A DNA stretch of 64,000 nucleotides from Pseudomonadota bacterium. GTDB lineage: Bacteria; Pseudomonadota; Alphaproteobacteria; Caulobacterales; Caulobacteraceae. Shown here one piece after another: positions 42,253 through 53,243 of the stretch (its first letter is position 1; each line of letters opens with the position of its first letter). A program made the position numbers and the translations under genes. The DNA lies in the NCBI GenBank assembly GCA_040385285.1, contig JAZKHQ010000022.1, positions 18,109 to 82,108 on the forward strand, given 5' to 3'. The notes beneath the pieces are model-generated. The model saw only the letters and a program-made list of their open reading frames with translations, did no database searches and was not told the DNA's origin.

Positions 42253-44469
42253 ATGTCGTACCGCAAGCTGTTGATGACGACGGCGATGGCGCTGTTGTCC
42301 GTCGCGTCCCTGACCGCCACGGCGGCCGCCGCGCAGACACGGCCGCAAACGCCGCCGACTCCGCCCGCCCCGGCCCAGACGCCGCCCGCGGAAGAAGAGT
42401 CGGCCGTCGACGAGGTCGTGGTCCAGGGTCAGCGCCCGGACATCATCTCGGCCTCCGACCGGATGATCTATAACGTCTCCAATGACCTGCAGGCCCAGAC
42501 CGGCACCATCGCCGACGCCCTGCGCAACGTGCCGGGCGTGGAGGTCGACCTGCAGGGCAACGTCAGCCTGCGGGGCGATTCCAACGTCACCATCCTGATC
42601 GACGGCCGGCCGTCGGGCGTCCTCAGCGGCGGTTCGCGCGGCGATGCGCTGCAGGCCATGTCGGCCAGCGGCATCGAGCGCGTCGAGGTGATCACCAATC
42701 CGTCCGCCGCCTTCAGCCCCGAAGGCAGCGGCGGCATCATCAACCTGGTCTCCAAGCCCACGCGCCAGGCCACCAGCAACGGCACGGTCCGCGGCCAATG
42801 GGACGGCGAGGAACGCGGCGGCGTCTCCTTCAGCGGCAGCCGCACGGCCGGCGACCTGACCCTGGCCGGCGACATCGGCTATCGCCGCGACAACCGCGAG
42901 ATCACCACTGAACAGGATCGCACCCGCCCCGGCGCCTCCCCCGCCACGACCACGGTCGAGCACGGCGAGAGCCAGGGCCTGAACGCCAACGAGATGGGCC
43001 AGGGGCGTCTGGCCATCGACTACAACCTGAACGCCACCGACCGGCTGAGCGGCGAAGTCACCCTGCGCGGCATCAATGGCGAGAACGAGGGGCAGGAGAC
43101 CTTCGAACGCGCCAACGGCCTGGGCGTGACCTCGTATCAATACGAGCGGGATTCCGACACGGGCTTCGAGAACTCGGGCGTCTCGGCCCGCAGCTCGTGG
43201 CGGCGCAAATTCTCCGGCGACCAGCATGAGCTGGTGGCGGACCTGGAGTTCGACCACAACACCGGCGAACGCACGCTGGACGCCTTCACCGACATCCAGG
43301 TCGGCGCCGGCTCGGACTTCTACGAGGCCATCCGCAATGAGCAAACGCGCGACGCCTATGGCCTGAAGGTCGACTACACCCGCCCCATGGGCGAGGGGCA
43401 GACGCTGAAGGTCGGCTATGAGGGCGACCTGACCCTGGACGACTTCGACAGCTTCGGCTCGCGCGGCTCGACCCTCGGCACGATGGCCCCCGTCGCGTCC
43501 CTGACCAACCAGTTCGAATACGACCAGGCGATCCACGCCGCCTACCTCACCTATGACCGGGCGTACGGCGAGAAGCTGACGGCGCAGCTGGGCCTGCGCG
43601 TGGAACAGGTCGATTTCGAGCTGAACCAGATCACCGACGGCATCGTGGTCAACCGCGACTACCTGCGCGCCTATCCGACCATTCACCTGGCCTATGACCT
43701 GACCGACAGCCAGAAGCTGCGCGGCAGCTACAGCCGGCGCATCCAGCGTCCGTCGCCCCAGGATCTGAACCCCTACACGATCTATCTGGACCCGCAGAAC
43801 CTGCGGCGAGGCAACCCGGACCTCGATCCGGAGATCACCGACTCGTTCGAGGCCATGTGGCAGCTGCGGTCGCAGGGGACCTTCTATTCATTGACCGCCT
43901 TCTACCGCACCAGCGAGGGCGGCGTGACCGACGTGGCCCAGGATCTGGGCGGCGGCGTCGTGCTGGTCACGCGCGAAAATCTGGCCTCCAGCGACCGCAT
44001 CGGCGCCGAGTTCATCGCCAACGGCAAACTCCACCCGACGCTCAGCTACAACGTCTCGGGCGCCTATTACCGCAACGAGATCTCCACGCCCGGCTATGCC
44101 GACCAGAGCGGCGTGACCGGCACGGTGCGGGCCTCGATGAATTGGCAGCCGACGCCGGAAGACTTCTTCCAGCTGAACGGCTTCTACATCGGCGAGCAGG
44201 TCCAGGCCCAGGGCGCCCGCGAGCCCTTCGGCACCCTGAACCTGGGCTATCGCCGCAAGGTCACCGACAACCTCAGCCTGATGGTCACCGGCGCCAACAT
44301 CCTGGACAGCGCCGAGCAGAAGGTGCGGATCGACACCACGACCTTCAACGACCGCACCACGGTTCAGTTCGGGCAGCCGGTCTGGTTCATCGGCTTCAGC
44401 TTCTCCTTCGGCGGCGGCCAGCGCCGTCCGGAAGGCTTCGACTTCGGCTCGCCCACCGGCCCGGGCTGA
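42253..44469 (+). CDS. TonB-dependent receptor (outer membrane beta-barrel family)
   Basis: Signal peptide; DEVVVQG TonB box; LRNVPGVEVD plug; IERVEVITNPSA..EGSGGIINLV. Confidence 0.92.
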   Translation: MSYRKLLMTTAMALLSVASLTATAAAAQTRPQTPPTPPAPAQTPPAEEESAVDEVVVQGQRPDIISASDRMIYNVSNDLQAQTGTIADALRNVPGVEVDLQGNVSLRGDSNVTILIDGRPSGVLSGGSRGDALQAMSASGIERVEVITNPSAAFSPEGSGGIINLVSKPTRQATSNGTVRGQWDGEERGGVSFSGSRTAGDLTLAGDIGYRRDNREITTEQDRTRPGASPATTTVEHGESQGLNANEMGQGRLAIDYNLNATDRLSGEVTLRGINGENEGQETFERANGLGVTSYQYERDSDTGFENSGVSARSSWRRKFSGDQHELVADLEFDHNTGERTLDAFTDIQVGAGSDFYEAIRNEQTRDAYGLKVDYTRPMGEGQTLKVGYEGDLTLDDFDSFGSRGSTLGTMAPVASLTNQFEYDQAIHAAYLTYDRAYGEKLTAQLGLRVEQVDFELNQITDGIVVNRDYLRAYPTIHLAYDLTDSQKLRGSYSRRIQRPSPQDLNPYTIYLDPQNLRRGNPDLDPEITDSFEAMWQLRSQGTFYSLTAFYRTSEGGVTDVAQDLGGGVVLVTRENLASSDRIGAEFIANGKLHPTLSYNVSGAYYRNEISTPGYADQSGVTGTVRASMNWQPTPEDFFQLNGFYIGEQVQAQGAREPFGTLNLGYRRKVTDNLSLMVTGANILDSAEQKVRIDTTTFNDRTTVQFGQPVWFIGFSFSFGGGQRRPEGFDFGSPTGPG

Positions 44470-44508
44470 CGCGATCACGCGCCGGCCTTGCAAGGGGCCT
44501 GCGCGGCT

Positions 44509-44727
44509 TCAGAAAGTGCGTGGCTCGGCCAGGCGCAGACCGCCGCCGATCTGCGCGTGCTGGCAACGGATACGCTGGCGCGTGCGGATGACAGCGTGAA
44601 GCACGTCGGCGAGGTCCAGCACCTGGCCGTCGCACATCCGGTCGCACATGTTCAGCAGCTTGGTCTGCACGACCTCGAACTGCCGGCTCGACAGGTTCTC
44701 CGGTCTGATCTCGTTGACATGGCCCAT
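44509..44727 (-). CDS. Small hypothetical protein (72 aa, CxxxC motif)
   Basis: MGHVNEIRPENLSSRQFEVVQTKLLNMCDRMCDGQ...; GC3-rich host-like codons; divergent from the reductase. Confidence 0.55.
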   Translation of the reverse strand: MGHVNEIRPENLSSRQFEVVQTKLLNMCDRMCDGQVLDLADVLHAVIRTRQRIRCQHAQIGGGLRLAEPRTF

Positions 44728-44862
44728 GACGTTCGTCCGAAAGTCGTCTAGCGGACACAACGGCGGTTTATCAGGGATGTTCCGCGCAATGAGGGTTAAC
44801 GCCGGGAACCCTCGCGCAACCCGCTGAATGCGCTATCAACGGGTGGGACTTAGGGAGCCGGA

Positions 44863-46098
44863 ATGTCGTCGAGGGTCGTGATCGTGGGCGCGGGTCATGC
44901 GGGCGGAACCGCCGCGGCCCAGCTGCGCCAGTTCGGCTTCGACGGCGAGATCGTCCTGATCGGCGACGAGGCCGTGGCCCCCTATCAGCGCCCGCCCCTG
45001 TCCAAGGCGTATCTGAAGGACGACGCCGACCTCGAGTCACTGAAACTCCGCCCCGACAGTTTCTACGACGAACAGGGCATCAGCCTGCACCTCGGCGCCC
45101 ATGTGGACGCCGTCGACACCGCCGCCCGCATTGTGCGTTTCGGCGGCGGGGGCGAGGTCTCCTACGACTTCCTGATCCTGGCCACCGGTTCGAAGACTCG
45201 CCGCCTTGCCGTCCCCGGCTCGGAGCTCAAGGGCCTGCACCAGCTGCGCACGGTCAAGGACGCCGAAGGACTGCGCGAGGCCATCGGCCCCGGCCGCCGC
45301 CTGGCCGTCGTCGGCGCCGGCTATGTGGGGCTCGAGGCCGCCGCTTCCGCCCGCGCCCACGGCTGCGAGGTGACAGTGATCGAGCGCGAGGACCGGGTGC
45401 TGGCCCGCGTCGCCGCCGAACCCCTGTCACGCTTTTTCGAGCGCTATCACCGGGCACAGGGCGTCGAGATCCTGACCGGCGTGAGCGTCGCCGCCTTCGA
45501 GGGCGGAGCCGACAGCTTCGTCCGCGCCGTGCGCCTCGCCGATGGACGCGAGATCTCCTGCGACGCCGCCCTGGTCGGGGTCGGCGCCGACGCCAACGAC
45601 GACCTCGCCCGAGCGGCCGGCCTGACCTGCGATCACGGCGTGGTGGTGGACGAGCAAGCCCGCACGTCCGTCCCCTCGATCTTCGCCATCGGCGATGTCG
45701 CGCGCCGCCCCATGCCGCTCTACGACGGGCGGATGCACCGGCTGGAGAGCGTGCCCAATGCGCTGGAACAGGCGAAACAGGCCGCCGCCGCCATCGTCGG
45801 CCGCGCCCCCCCGCCCCACGAGGTGCCGTGGTTCTGGTCCGACCAGTACGACCTCAAGCTCCAGATCGCGGGCGCGCCGTTCGACGGCGACCGCATCGTC
45901 GTGCGCGGCGACATGGACGCGGCCCGCTTCTCGCTCTGCCACCTGCGCGGCGACCGGCTGCTGTGCGTCGAGGCTTGCAACGCGCCCGCCGACTTCATGG
46001 CCGGAAAGCTGCTGATCGGGCGCGGCGCCCGGGTCGATCTCGACCGCCTGGCCGACGCCTCCCAGCCGCTGAAGTCGCTCGAGGTCACGGCCGCATGA
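44863..46098 (+). CDS. FAD/NAD(P)-dependent oxidoreductase (ferredoxin/putidaredoxin reductase family)
   Basis: GAGHAG, PYQRPPLSK, GAGYVGLE, FAIGDVA, VPWFWSDQY. Confidence 0.92.
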   Translation: MSSRVVIVGAGHAGGTAAAQLRQFGFDGEIVLIGDEAVAPYQRPPLSKAYLKDDADLESLKLRPDSFYDEQGISLHLGAHVDAVDTAARIVRFGGGGEVSYDFLILATGSKTRRLAVPGSELKGLHQLRTVKDAEGLREAIGPGRRLAVVGAGYVGLEAAASARAHGCEVTVIEREDRVLARVAAEPLSRFFERYHRAQGVEILTGVSVAAFEGGADSFVRAVRLADGREISCDAALVGVGADANDDLARAAGLTCDHGVVVDEQARTSVPSIFAIGDVARRPMPLYDGRMHRLESVPNALEQAKQAAAAIVGRAPPPHEVPWFWSDQYDLKLQIAGAPFDGDRIVVRGDMDAARFSLCHLRGDRLLCVEACNAPADFMAGKLLIGRGARVDLDRLADASQPLKSLEVTAA

Positions 46099-47048
46099 TC
46101 GACCGGCGGGCGCTCCTTGCGGCGCTCGCGGCCGGCGCCTGTTCGCCCCGCCCGGCGGAGCCGAGCGCAGGCGCGGCCGGCCCGGTCCTCGCCGCCGGCC
46201 AGCCCGCCGCCCTCCTGATCTGGGCCTTGGCCCCCGAGCGCCTGATAGGCTGGCCCCGCCAGCCTTCAGCCAGCGGCCTCGCCCTGCTCCCGCCCGCCGC
46301 CGCGTCCCTGCCCGAGACCGGTGCCCTCGCCGGGGGCGGGGCGCCGATGAGCCTCGAGGCCGCCGCCGCCCTGCGCCCCGACTTCATCCTCGACTACGGC
46401 GACCGGGACGCCGCCGACCTCGATCTGGCCGAGCGGATTCACCGGCGGATCGGCCGCCCCTACTATCTCATCGATGGCGACCTGATGCGCATGCCCGACG
46501 CCTTGCGAGAGGCGGGCCAGCTCCTCGGCGTCAAGGCGCGTGGCGAGCAGTTCGCCGACATGGCCGAGCGATTGATCACCGAGTGGCAGCGCCCGCGTCA
46601 GTCCGGTCCGGCCTTCTATTACGCGCGCGGAGCCGACGGGCTGGAGACCGCCTTCAGGGGCGCGCTGGCCACCGAAGTTCTGGAGGGCGGCGCCTGGCGC
46701 AACGTCGCCGTCGGCGGCCGCGACATCGGCCGCGTCTCGCGTGAACAGGTCGTCGCCTGGGATCCCGAAGCAGTCGTCACCCTCGACCGCCGCTTCGCCG
46801 AGTCGGCCGCCGACGATCCTGTCTGGCGCCGCCGCCCGGACGGATCGCGCCGCCGCCTGACCCTGCTGCCGGACCAGCCCTTCGGCTGGATCGACCGCCC
46901 GCCCTCGGTGAACCGCCTGCTGGGCGTCCACTGGGCTGCCTTCGGCGACCGCGCGCCCGCCGGCATCGCGGCTCTGATGGGCGACCTGTATGGGCGAGTT
47001 CCCACGGCTACGGAACTGGCCGACCTCACGCCCCGCGACATCCCGTGA
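46095..47048 (+). CDS. ABC transporter substrate-binding lipoprotein, class III (iron-chelate/cobalamin, BtuF-like)
   Basis: MIDRRALLAALAAGAC twin-Arg/lipobox leader; PDFILDYG; PFGWIDRPPSVNRLLG; ATGA overlap with the reductase. Confidence 0.8.
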   Translation: MIDRRALLAALAAGACSPRPAEPSAGAAGPVLAAGQPAALLIWALAPERLIGWPRQPSASGLALLPPAAASLPETGALAGGGAPMSLEAAAALRPDFILDYGDRDAADLDLAERIHRRIGRPYYLIDGDLMRMPDALREAGQLLGVKARGEQFADMAERLITEWQRPRQSGPAFYYARGADGLETAFRGALATEVLEGGAWRNVAVGGRDIGRVSREQVVAWDPEAVVTLDRRFAESAADDPVWRRRPDGSRRRLTLLPDQPFGWIDRPPSVNRLLGVHWAAFGDRAPAGIAALMGDLYGRVPTATELADLTPRDIP

Positions 47049-48028
47049 GCCGGTTCGCCGCCCTCACCCTCGGCCTCGGCGCGCTGCTGGTGCTCGCCGT
47101 CATCGCGTCCCTCGCCAGCGGCCCGCTCGCCGTTTCGCCAGACGACCTGATCAAGGCCCTCCTGGGGTCCGGCCCGCCCGATGCGGAGACGGCGCTGGCG
47201 CTGCGCGGCCCCCGTGTCGCCACCGCCGTCCTGACCGGCGCCGCCCTCGCCGGAGCCGGCGCGGCGTTCCAGATCCTGTTCCGCAATCCGCTGGTGGCGC
47301 CCGACCTTCTCGGCGTCTCGTCCGGCGCGGGCCTCGGCGCCGCCCTGGCCCTCATCGCCGGCGGATCCGCCCTCATGATCCAGGGTTCCGCCTTCGCCGG
47401 GGGCCTCGCCGCCGCCGCCCTGGCCCTGACCTGCGCCGCCGCCGCGCGGGGGCATGAGCCGCGCCTGTCGCTGGTTCTGTGCGGACTGGTGACCGGCGCC
47501 CTGGCCTCGGCCGGCCTGTCGCTGGCGGTCGTGCTGGCCGAGCCCTATTCGCAGCTTCCGGCCCTGACTTACTGGCTGCTCGGCGCCTTCTCCCGCGCCA
47601 CGGCGGGCGAGGTGGCGCTCGGCGCCGTTCCCATCACCCTCGGCGTCGCGACCTTGCTCTGCCTCGGCTTCCGCCTCGACGTCCTGTCGCTGGGCGACGA
47701 GCAGGCGCGCTCGCTCGGCCTGCCCGCGCCCCGCCTGCGCCTCCTCGCCGTCGTCGCGGCCAGCCTGATGACCTCATCGGCCGTGGCGCTCACCGGCGTC
47801 GTCGGCTGGATCGGTCTGCTCGCCCCCCACGCGGCGCGACTCGTTGTCGGCCCGCAGGCCTCGCGGCTGCTGCCCGCCAGTCTCCTGACCGGCGCCCTGT
47901 TCGCCCTCGCCGTCGATCGCCTGACCACCGCCTTCGGCCCTGCCGAACTGCCGGTCGGCCTCGTCGCCGCCGCGCTCGGCGCCCCCGCCTTCCTCGCCCT
48001 GTTCGTCATGACCGGGCTACGCGCATGA
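47045..48028 (+). CDS. FecCD/BtuC-family ABC permease
   Basis: FRNPLVAPDLLGVSSGA, LSLGDEQARSLG, GWIGLLAPH, ELPVG. Confidence 0.9.
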   Translation: MSRFAALTLGLGALLVLAVIASLASGPLAVSPDDLIKALLGSGPPDAETALALRGPRVATAVLTGAALAGAGAAFQILFRNPLVAPDLLGVSSGAGLGAALALIAGGSALMIQGSAFAGGLAAAALALTCAAAARGHEPRLSLVLCGLVTGALASAGLSLAVVLAEPYSQLPALTYWLLGAFSRATAGEVALGAVPITLGVATLLCLGFRLDVLSLGDEQARSLGLPAPRLRLLAVVAASLMTSSAVALTGVVGWIGLLAPHAARLVVGPQASRLLPASLLTGALFALAVDRLTTAFGPAELPVGLVAAALGAPAFLALFVMTGLRA

Positions 48029-48777
48029 GCGGCCTCAGCACCACAGACCTCACCGTCGGCCGCCCCGGCTTCCGCCTCGGCCCCGCCACCTTCGAGGCGC
48101 GCCCCGGCACGATCACCGCCGTCGTCGGCCCCAACGGCTCGGGCAAGACCACCCTGCTCAAGACCCTCGCCGGCCTGATCCCGCCCATCGCGGGCCAGAT
48201 CGAGACAACCGCCCGCCCGGCCCTTCTGCCCGCCCCCGGCTCGGTCCAGGCGGCCTTCAGCACCGTGCATCTGGTCGCCCTCGGACGCGCCGCCCGCCGC
48301 CCCTTCGCCCTCAGCCTGTCGTCCGACGACCACGCCGCCGCCCGGGACGCCCTCGCCGCCGTCGGCCTGTCCGACCTCGCGGGCAGGCCCTTTGACCACC
48401 TGTCCAGCGGCCAGCAGCAACTGGCCCTCCTCGCCCGTCTGACGGTTCAGGACGCACAGGTCTGCCTGCTCGACGAGCCCACCGCCCTGCTCGACCCGGC
48501 CCACCGCCATCAGGTCGAGGCCGCCATCCGCGCCCTTGCCGACGCAGGCCGCACCGTCATAGTCGCCACCCACGGCCTCGATCTCGCGGCGCAGGCGGAT
48601 CAAGTCCTGCTCGCCGCCGATCCCGCCGCCATCGGTCCGCCCGAGGCCATGCTGACCGCTGAGCGCCTCTCCGCCCTGTTCGGCGCGCCGTTGGAGGTCT
48701 GCCCCTGCTGTGGTCAGCCAGGGTTTGCCGCTGCGCGCGGGGTGGGCCTTGCCGCCCGCCCGCCGCATCCGCCATAG
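48025..48777 (+). CDS. ABC transporter ATP-binding protein (FecE/BtuD-like)
   Basis: GPNGSGKT, LSSGQQQ, LLDEPT, VATH. Confidence 0.88.
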   Translation: MSGLSTTDLTVGRPGFRLGPATFEARPGTITAVVGPNGSGKTTLLKTLAGLIPPIAGQIETTARPALLPAPGSVQAAFSTVHLVALGRAARRPFALSLSSDDHAAARDALAAVGLSDLAGRPFDHLSSGQQQLALLARLTVQDAQVCLLDEPTALLDPAHRHQVEAAIRALADAGRTVIVATHGLDLAAQADQVLLAADPAAIGPPEAMLTAERLSALFGAPLEVCPCCGQPGFAAARGVGLAARPPHPP

Positions 48778-48784
48778 AGCCCCC

Positions 48785-50173
48785 ATGACCGGCAAGTTCG
48801 AAACGCCCTCACGGGCCGAGTGGGAAATCCTCGCCACCAGGGCGCTGAAGGGCGCGCCGCTGGACACCCTGGCCCGCATCGACGCGGACGGCCTCAAAGT
48901 CGCGCCTCTCTACGCCGCCGACGACGCGGTTCAGCCCGTCTTCGTTCCTCGTTCGACCGACGCCGACGGCCGTCCCTGGGACCTGCGGACCCTGGTCGAG
49001 GGGGACGATCCCGCCGCCGTCAACGCGGCCATCCTGGCTGATCTCGAAGGCGGCGCCGCCTCCATCCTGATCAAGGGCGCCGTCACCGCCGATCCTGAGC
49101 CGCTGGCCCGCGCCCTGAACGGCGTCGCCCTCGAACTGGCCCCCGTGGCGCTGGACGCCGGCCTCGACGGCCCCGACGCCGCCAGCGCCCTCGCCGTCGT
49201 CGCCAAGGGTTCGCCGCGGGCCAGACTGCGCCTGCACATGGATCCGCTGGGCGCCTTCGCCGAGGCCGGCGCCGCGCCGCGCTCGATCGCCGAACACATC
49301 AGCCTCGCCGCCAATACCGCCGCGCGCCACGCCGGGGCCTATCCCGACGCGACCTTCTTCCTCGCCTCGGGCCGCGTGGCCCACGAAGCCGGAGGAACCG
49401 CCGCCCAGTCGCTGGGCTTCGCCGCCGCCGCCGCCGTGGCCTATGTCCGCGCAGGCGCCGAGGCGGGGCTCACCTTCGAACAGGCCCTGCGCGGCACGGT
49501 TCTGGGCGTCGCCGTCGACGCCGAATATTTCGACGCCCTCGCCACCGTCCGGGCGCTCCGTCTGATCTGGAACGACGTCGCCAGCGCCTTCGGCGTTTCG
49601 GTACCCGCCGTCATCGAGGCGCGCTCGTCGCGGCGGATGCTGTCGGCCCGCGATCCCTGGCCCAATCTGCTGCGCCTGACCGCCGCCGGGTTCGCGGGTG
49701 CGGTCGGCGGCGCCGACGTCGTGGTCCTGGACGGCTTCACCCGCGCGCGCGGCCTGCCCGACGCCTTCGCCCGGCGGCAGGCCCGCAACACCCAACTGGT
49801 GCTGATGGAGGAAGCCAACCTCGGCCGCGTCGACGACCCCGCCGCCGGATCGTGGTTCCTCGACGCCCGCACCCGCGATCTCGCCGCCGCCGGGTGGGCC
49901 GAGTTGCAGCGCATCGAGGCCGAAGGCGGCTTGCCCGCCGCCCTCCTGTCCGGCGCGCCCCAGACCCGCATCGCCGCCGCCCGCGCCGCGCTCGAAGCCG
50001 CCATGGCCGAGGGCCGCATTCCCATGGTCGGCATCACGAAGTTCGTCGATCCCGATGTCCGCCCCGCCGCGACCGAACCCACGCCGATTCCACAACCCGC
50101 AACCGGCGGCGACACGTGCGAGGCCCTGACGCCCTTCCGCCTTGCCTCTGTGAACGAGGAGGCCGCGGCATGA
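48785..50173 (+). CDS. mutA: Methylmalonyl-CoA mutase small (beta) subunit
   Basis: [35 protein letters not shown]; ATGA overlap with the large subunit. Confidence 0.85.
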   Translation: MTGKFETPSRAEWEILATRALKGAPLDTLARIDADGLKVAPLYAADDAVQPVFVPRSTDADGRPWDLRTLVEGDDPAAVNAAILADLEGGAASILIKGAVTADPEPLARALNGVALELAPVALDAGLDGPDAASALAVVAKGSPRARLRLHMDPLGAFAEAGAAPRSIAEHISLAANTAARHAGAYPDATFFLASGRVAHEAGGTAAQSLGFAAAAAVAYVRAGAEAGLTFEQALRGTVLGVAVDAEYFDALATVRALRLIWNDVASAFGVSVPAVIEARSSRRMLSARDPWPNLLRLTAAGFAGAVGGADVVVLDGFTRARGLPDAFARRQARNTQLVLMEEANLGRVDDPAAGSWFLDARTRDLAAAGWAELQRIEAEGGLPAALLSGAPQTRIAAARAALEAAMAEGRIPMVGITKFVDPDVRPAATEPTPIPQPATGGDTCEALTPFRLASVNEEAAA

Positions 50174-52314
50174 CCGGCTTCCCCGATTTCACCCGCATCG
50201 TCCCCGACTTCGCCTCCGCCGCATCAGTCCCCGCGCGCGACCCGTGGAAGACCCCCGAGGGCATCCCGGTTCAGCCGTCCTACGGCCCCGCCGACCTCGC
50301 CGGCCTCGACTTCATCCGCGGCTTGCCCGGCGTCGCGCCCTATCTGCGCGGCCCCTATCCGACCATGTACGCGGGCAATCCCTGGACCATCCGCCAGTAC
50401 GCCGGCTTCTCGACCGCAGAGGACTCCAACGCCTTCTATCGCAGGAACCTCGCGGCCGGTCAGAAGGGCCTCAGCATCGCCTTCGACCTGGCCACTCACC
50501 GGGGCTACGACTCGGACCACCCGCGTGTCGCCGGCGACGTCGGCATGGCGGGCGTGGCCATCGACTCGATCCTCGACATGCGGACCCTGTTCGACGGCAT
50601 CCCGCTGGACCAGATGTCGGTGTCGATGACCATGAACGGCGCCGTCCTGCCGATCCTGGCCCTCTATGTCGTCGCCGCCGAGGAGCAGGGCGTGCCGCAC
50701 GCGGCCCTGACCGGGACCATCCAGAACGACATCCTCAAGGAGTTCATGGTCCGCAACACCTACATCTACCCGCCCGGGCCCTCGATGCGGATCATCGCCG
50801 ACATCTTCGCCTGGACGGCGCAGGAGACGCCGAAGTTCAACTCCATCTCGATCTCCGGCTACCACATGCAGGAGGCCGGAGCCTCGGCCGACATCGAGCT
50901 GGCCTACACCCTCGCCGACGGCATTGAATACCTGCGCGCGGGCAAGGCGGCGGGCATGGCCATCGACCGGTTCGCCCCGCGCCTGAGCTTCTTCTGGGCC
51001 ATCGGCATGAACTACTTCATGGAGGTGGCCAAGATGCGCGCCGCCCGCCTGCTGTGGGCCGAGGCCGTCGCCGCCGAGGGCGCGACCGATCCCAAGTCCC
51101 TCAGCCTGCGCGCCCACTGCCAGACCTCGGGCTGGTCGCTGGCGGCCCAGGATGTGTTCAACAACGTGCCGCGCACCATGGTCGAGGCCATGGCGGCGGC
51201 CGGCGGCCAGACCCAGTCCCTGCACACCAATGCGCTGGACGAGGCGCTGGCCCTGCCCACCGATTTTTCGGCCCGGATCGCCCGCAACACCCAGCTGCTG
51301 TTGCAGATGGAGACCGGCCTGACCCGCGTCATCGACCCTTGGGGCGGCAGCTTCTACGTCGAGCGTCTGACCCATGAACTGGCCCAGCGCGCCCGCGCCC
51401 TGATGGCCGAAGTCGAGGCTCTGGGCGGCATGGCCAGGGCCATCGAGGCCGGCATTCCCAAGCTGCGCATCGAGGAGTCGGCGGCGAAGACCCAGGCCCG
51501 CATCGACACGGGCCAGCAGACCGTGGTCGGCGTGAACCGCTACCTGTCCGACGTCGCCGACGACATCCCGATGCTGAAGGTCGACAACGCCCGCGTCCGC
51601 GCCGGCCAGATCGAGAAGCTGAAACGTCTGCGTGCTGAACGGGACGAGGCCGCCTGTCAGGCCGCGCTGGACACGCTCACCGAGGGAGCCCGCGGAACCG
51701 CCAACCTGCTCGAACTCTCCGTCCGCGCCGCCCGCGCCCACGCCACCGTCGGCGAAATCTCTGACGCGCTTGAGGCCGCCTTCGGCCGTCACATTGCCTC
51801 AGTCCAGACCGTCTCCGGCGTCTATGCGAAAGAGGCCGGCGCCGATCCGAAGATCGGCCGGGCCCGCCAGATGGTCGCCGCCTTCATCGAGAACGACGGC
51901 GGCCCGCCGCGCATCCTGATCGCCAAGCTGGGCCAGGACGGCCATGACCGGGGCCAGAAGGTCATCGCCACCGCCTATGGCGACCTCGGCCTCGACGCGA
52001 CCGCAGGCGCCCTGTTCCAGACGCCCGCCGAGGCTGCGCGCGACGCTGTGGAAAACAACGTCCACGCCGTCGGCGCCTCATCGCTCGCCGCCGGCCACCT
52101 GACCCTGGTGCCCGAGCTGAAGGCGGAGCTGGAGCGGCTGGGCCGTCCCGACATCATGATCGTGGTCGGTGGGGTGATCCCGCCGTCGGACGTCCAGACC
52201 CTGATCGACATGGGCGCGGCCGCCGTCTATCCGCCCGGCTCGGTCATCGCCGACACGGCCATCGACCTGATCGAGAAGCTGAACCAGCGGCTGGGTTACG
52301 CGCAGAAGGCGTGA
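50170..52314 (+). CDS. scpA: Methylmalonyl-CoA mutase large subunit (B12-dependent)
   Basis: [36 protein letters not shown]12 motif. Confidence 0.96.
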   Translation: MTGFPDFTRIVPDFASAASVPARDPWKTPEGIPVQPSYGPADLAGLDFIRGLPGVAPYLRGPYPTMYAGNPWTIRQYAGFSTAEDSNAFYRRNLAAGQKGLSIAFDLATHRGYDSDHPRVAGDVGMAGVAIDSILDMRTLFDGIPLDQMSVSMTMNGAVLPILALYVVAAEEQGVPHAALTGTIQNDILKEFMVRNTYIYPPGPSMRIIADIFAWTAQETPKFNSISISGYHMQEAGASADIELAYTLADGIEYLRAGKAAGMAIDRFAPRLSFFWAIGMNYFMEVAKMRAARLLWAEAVAAEGATDPKSLSLRAHCQTSGWSLAAQDVFNNVPRTMVEAMAAAGGQTQSLHTNALDEALALPTDFSARIARNTQLLLQMETGLTRVIDPWGGSFYVERLTHELAQRARALMAEVEALGGMARAIEAGIPKLRIEESAAKTQARIDTGQQTVVGVNRYLSDVADDIPMLKVDNARVRAGQIEKLKRLRAERDEAACQAALDTLTEGARGTANLLELSVRAARAHATVGEISDALEAAFGRHIASVQTVSGVYAKEAGADPKIGRARQMVAAFIENDGGPPRILIAKLGQDGHDRGQKVIATAYGDLGLDATAGALFQTPAEAARDAVENNVHAVGASSLAAGHLTLVPELKAELERLGRPDIMIVVGGVIPPSDVQTLIDMGAAAVYPPGSVIADTAIDLIEKLNQRLGYAQKA

Positions 52315-52333
52315 TCCGAAAAGCGGGCGCCGG

Positions 52334-52756
52334 CTAGTTCGGGCGCAGACGGTCGGGCAGCGCCGCGACCTCCTCATCCGTCAGCTTGCGAGCGACCTGG
52401 GCCCGGCAGGGGACATTGGTGCTGTCGTCGAGGCTCGGCGCCGAGGCGATCACATCGACCGTGTCGCCGACGCAGGCGCGCGATCCCATGCCGGGGGTTT
52501 CGCTGATCGCCAGGCTCCGCGCCGCTGACAGACCGCGGCAGAAACCCGCCGCGCGCAGTTCATAGACCTCGTTCCGGCCAGCCTTGATGTAGGCGATGTT
52601 GTCCCCGCTGGTGCGGAAGTTGACCAGGGTGCTCGGATAGAAACAGGCCCGCGCGGGCGCTTCGCCGCCCATGTCAGGCCCAGGCGTCGGCGCGCACGAC
52701 GCCATGCCCGCGCCCGCAACGACCAGGGACAGGGCGGAAATAATCTGGAGACGCAT
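52334..52756 (-). CDS. Small lipoprotein (DUF6491-like), paralog 1
   Basis: Lipobox MASC; CFYP...C..C...C..D...C pattern shared with the adjacent gene. Confidence 0.75.
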   Translation of the reverse strand: MRLQIISALSLVVAGAGMASCAPTPGPDMGGEAPARACFYPSTLVNFRTSGDNIAYIKAGRNEVYELRAAGFCRGLSAARSLAISETPGMGSRACVGDTVDVIASAPSLDDSTNVPCRAQVARKLTDEEVAALPDRLRPN

Positions 52757-52776
52757 CGGAAACTCCTGAACTGAAC

Positions 52777-53181
52777 TCAACGACGCGGCAGGGCCGCGAT
52801 CTCTTCCTCGGACAGCTTGTGGGTCACCCGGGCCCGGCACGTTCCCGCAGGAGCCGTCGAGCCCTGGACAGCGACCTGGGTCCAGTCCCCGGTGCACAGC
52901 CGCTCAGAGCCGCGCGTGAAGGGAAGCAGAGCCACGCCGAAAGTGCTGTCGATGTCGTTGCAGGCGCCGGACGTCTGCAGCTGGAACACGGACCCGTCAT
53001 AGGCCGTGACGTACAGGGTCTGGTTCCGCTCCACATGGAAGTCCCTCAGCCGGTCGGCGTCGAAACACTGGCGCTCGGGCCGGGCGCCGGCGTCGGCGAC
53101 GGTCTGGCCGTCAGAGACGGGGGCGCAGGCGCTCAATACAGAGGCCGCGGCCAGCAGGGTGATTGAGGCGAAGGCGCGCAT
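52777..53181 (-). CDS. Small lipoprotein (DUF6491-like), paralog 2
   Basis: Lipobox LSAC; CFDA...C...C..D...CRARVTHKLSEEEIAALP matches paralog 1. Confidence 0.75.
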   Translation of the reverse strand: MRAFASITLLAAASVLSACAPVSDGQTVADAGARPERQCFDADRLRDFHVERNQTLYVTAYDGSVFQLQTSGACNDIDSTFGVALLPFTRGSERLCTGDWTQVAVQGSTAPAGTCRARVTHKLSEEEIAALPRR

Positions 53182-53243
53182 GGGGGGAACTCCTCGGGAT
53201 GCTCAGGCTAAGCGTCCATCGCCACGCTTCGTTGCGCAAGAGC

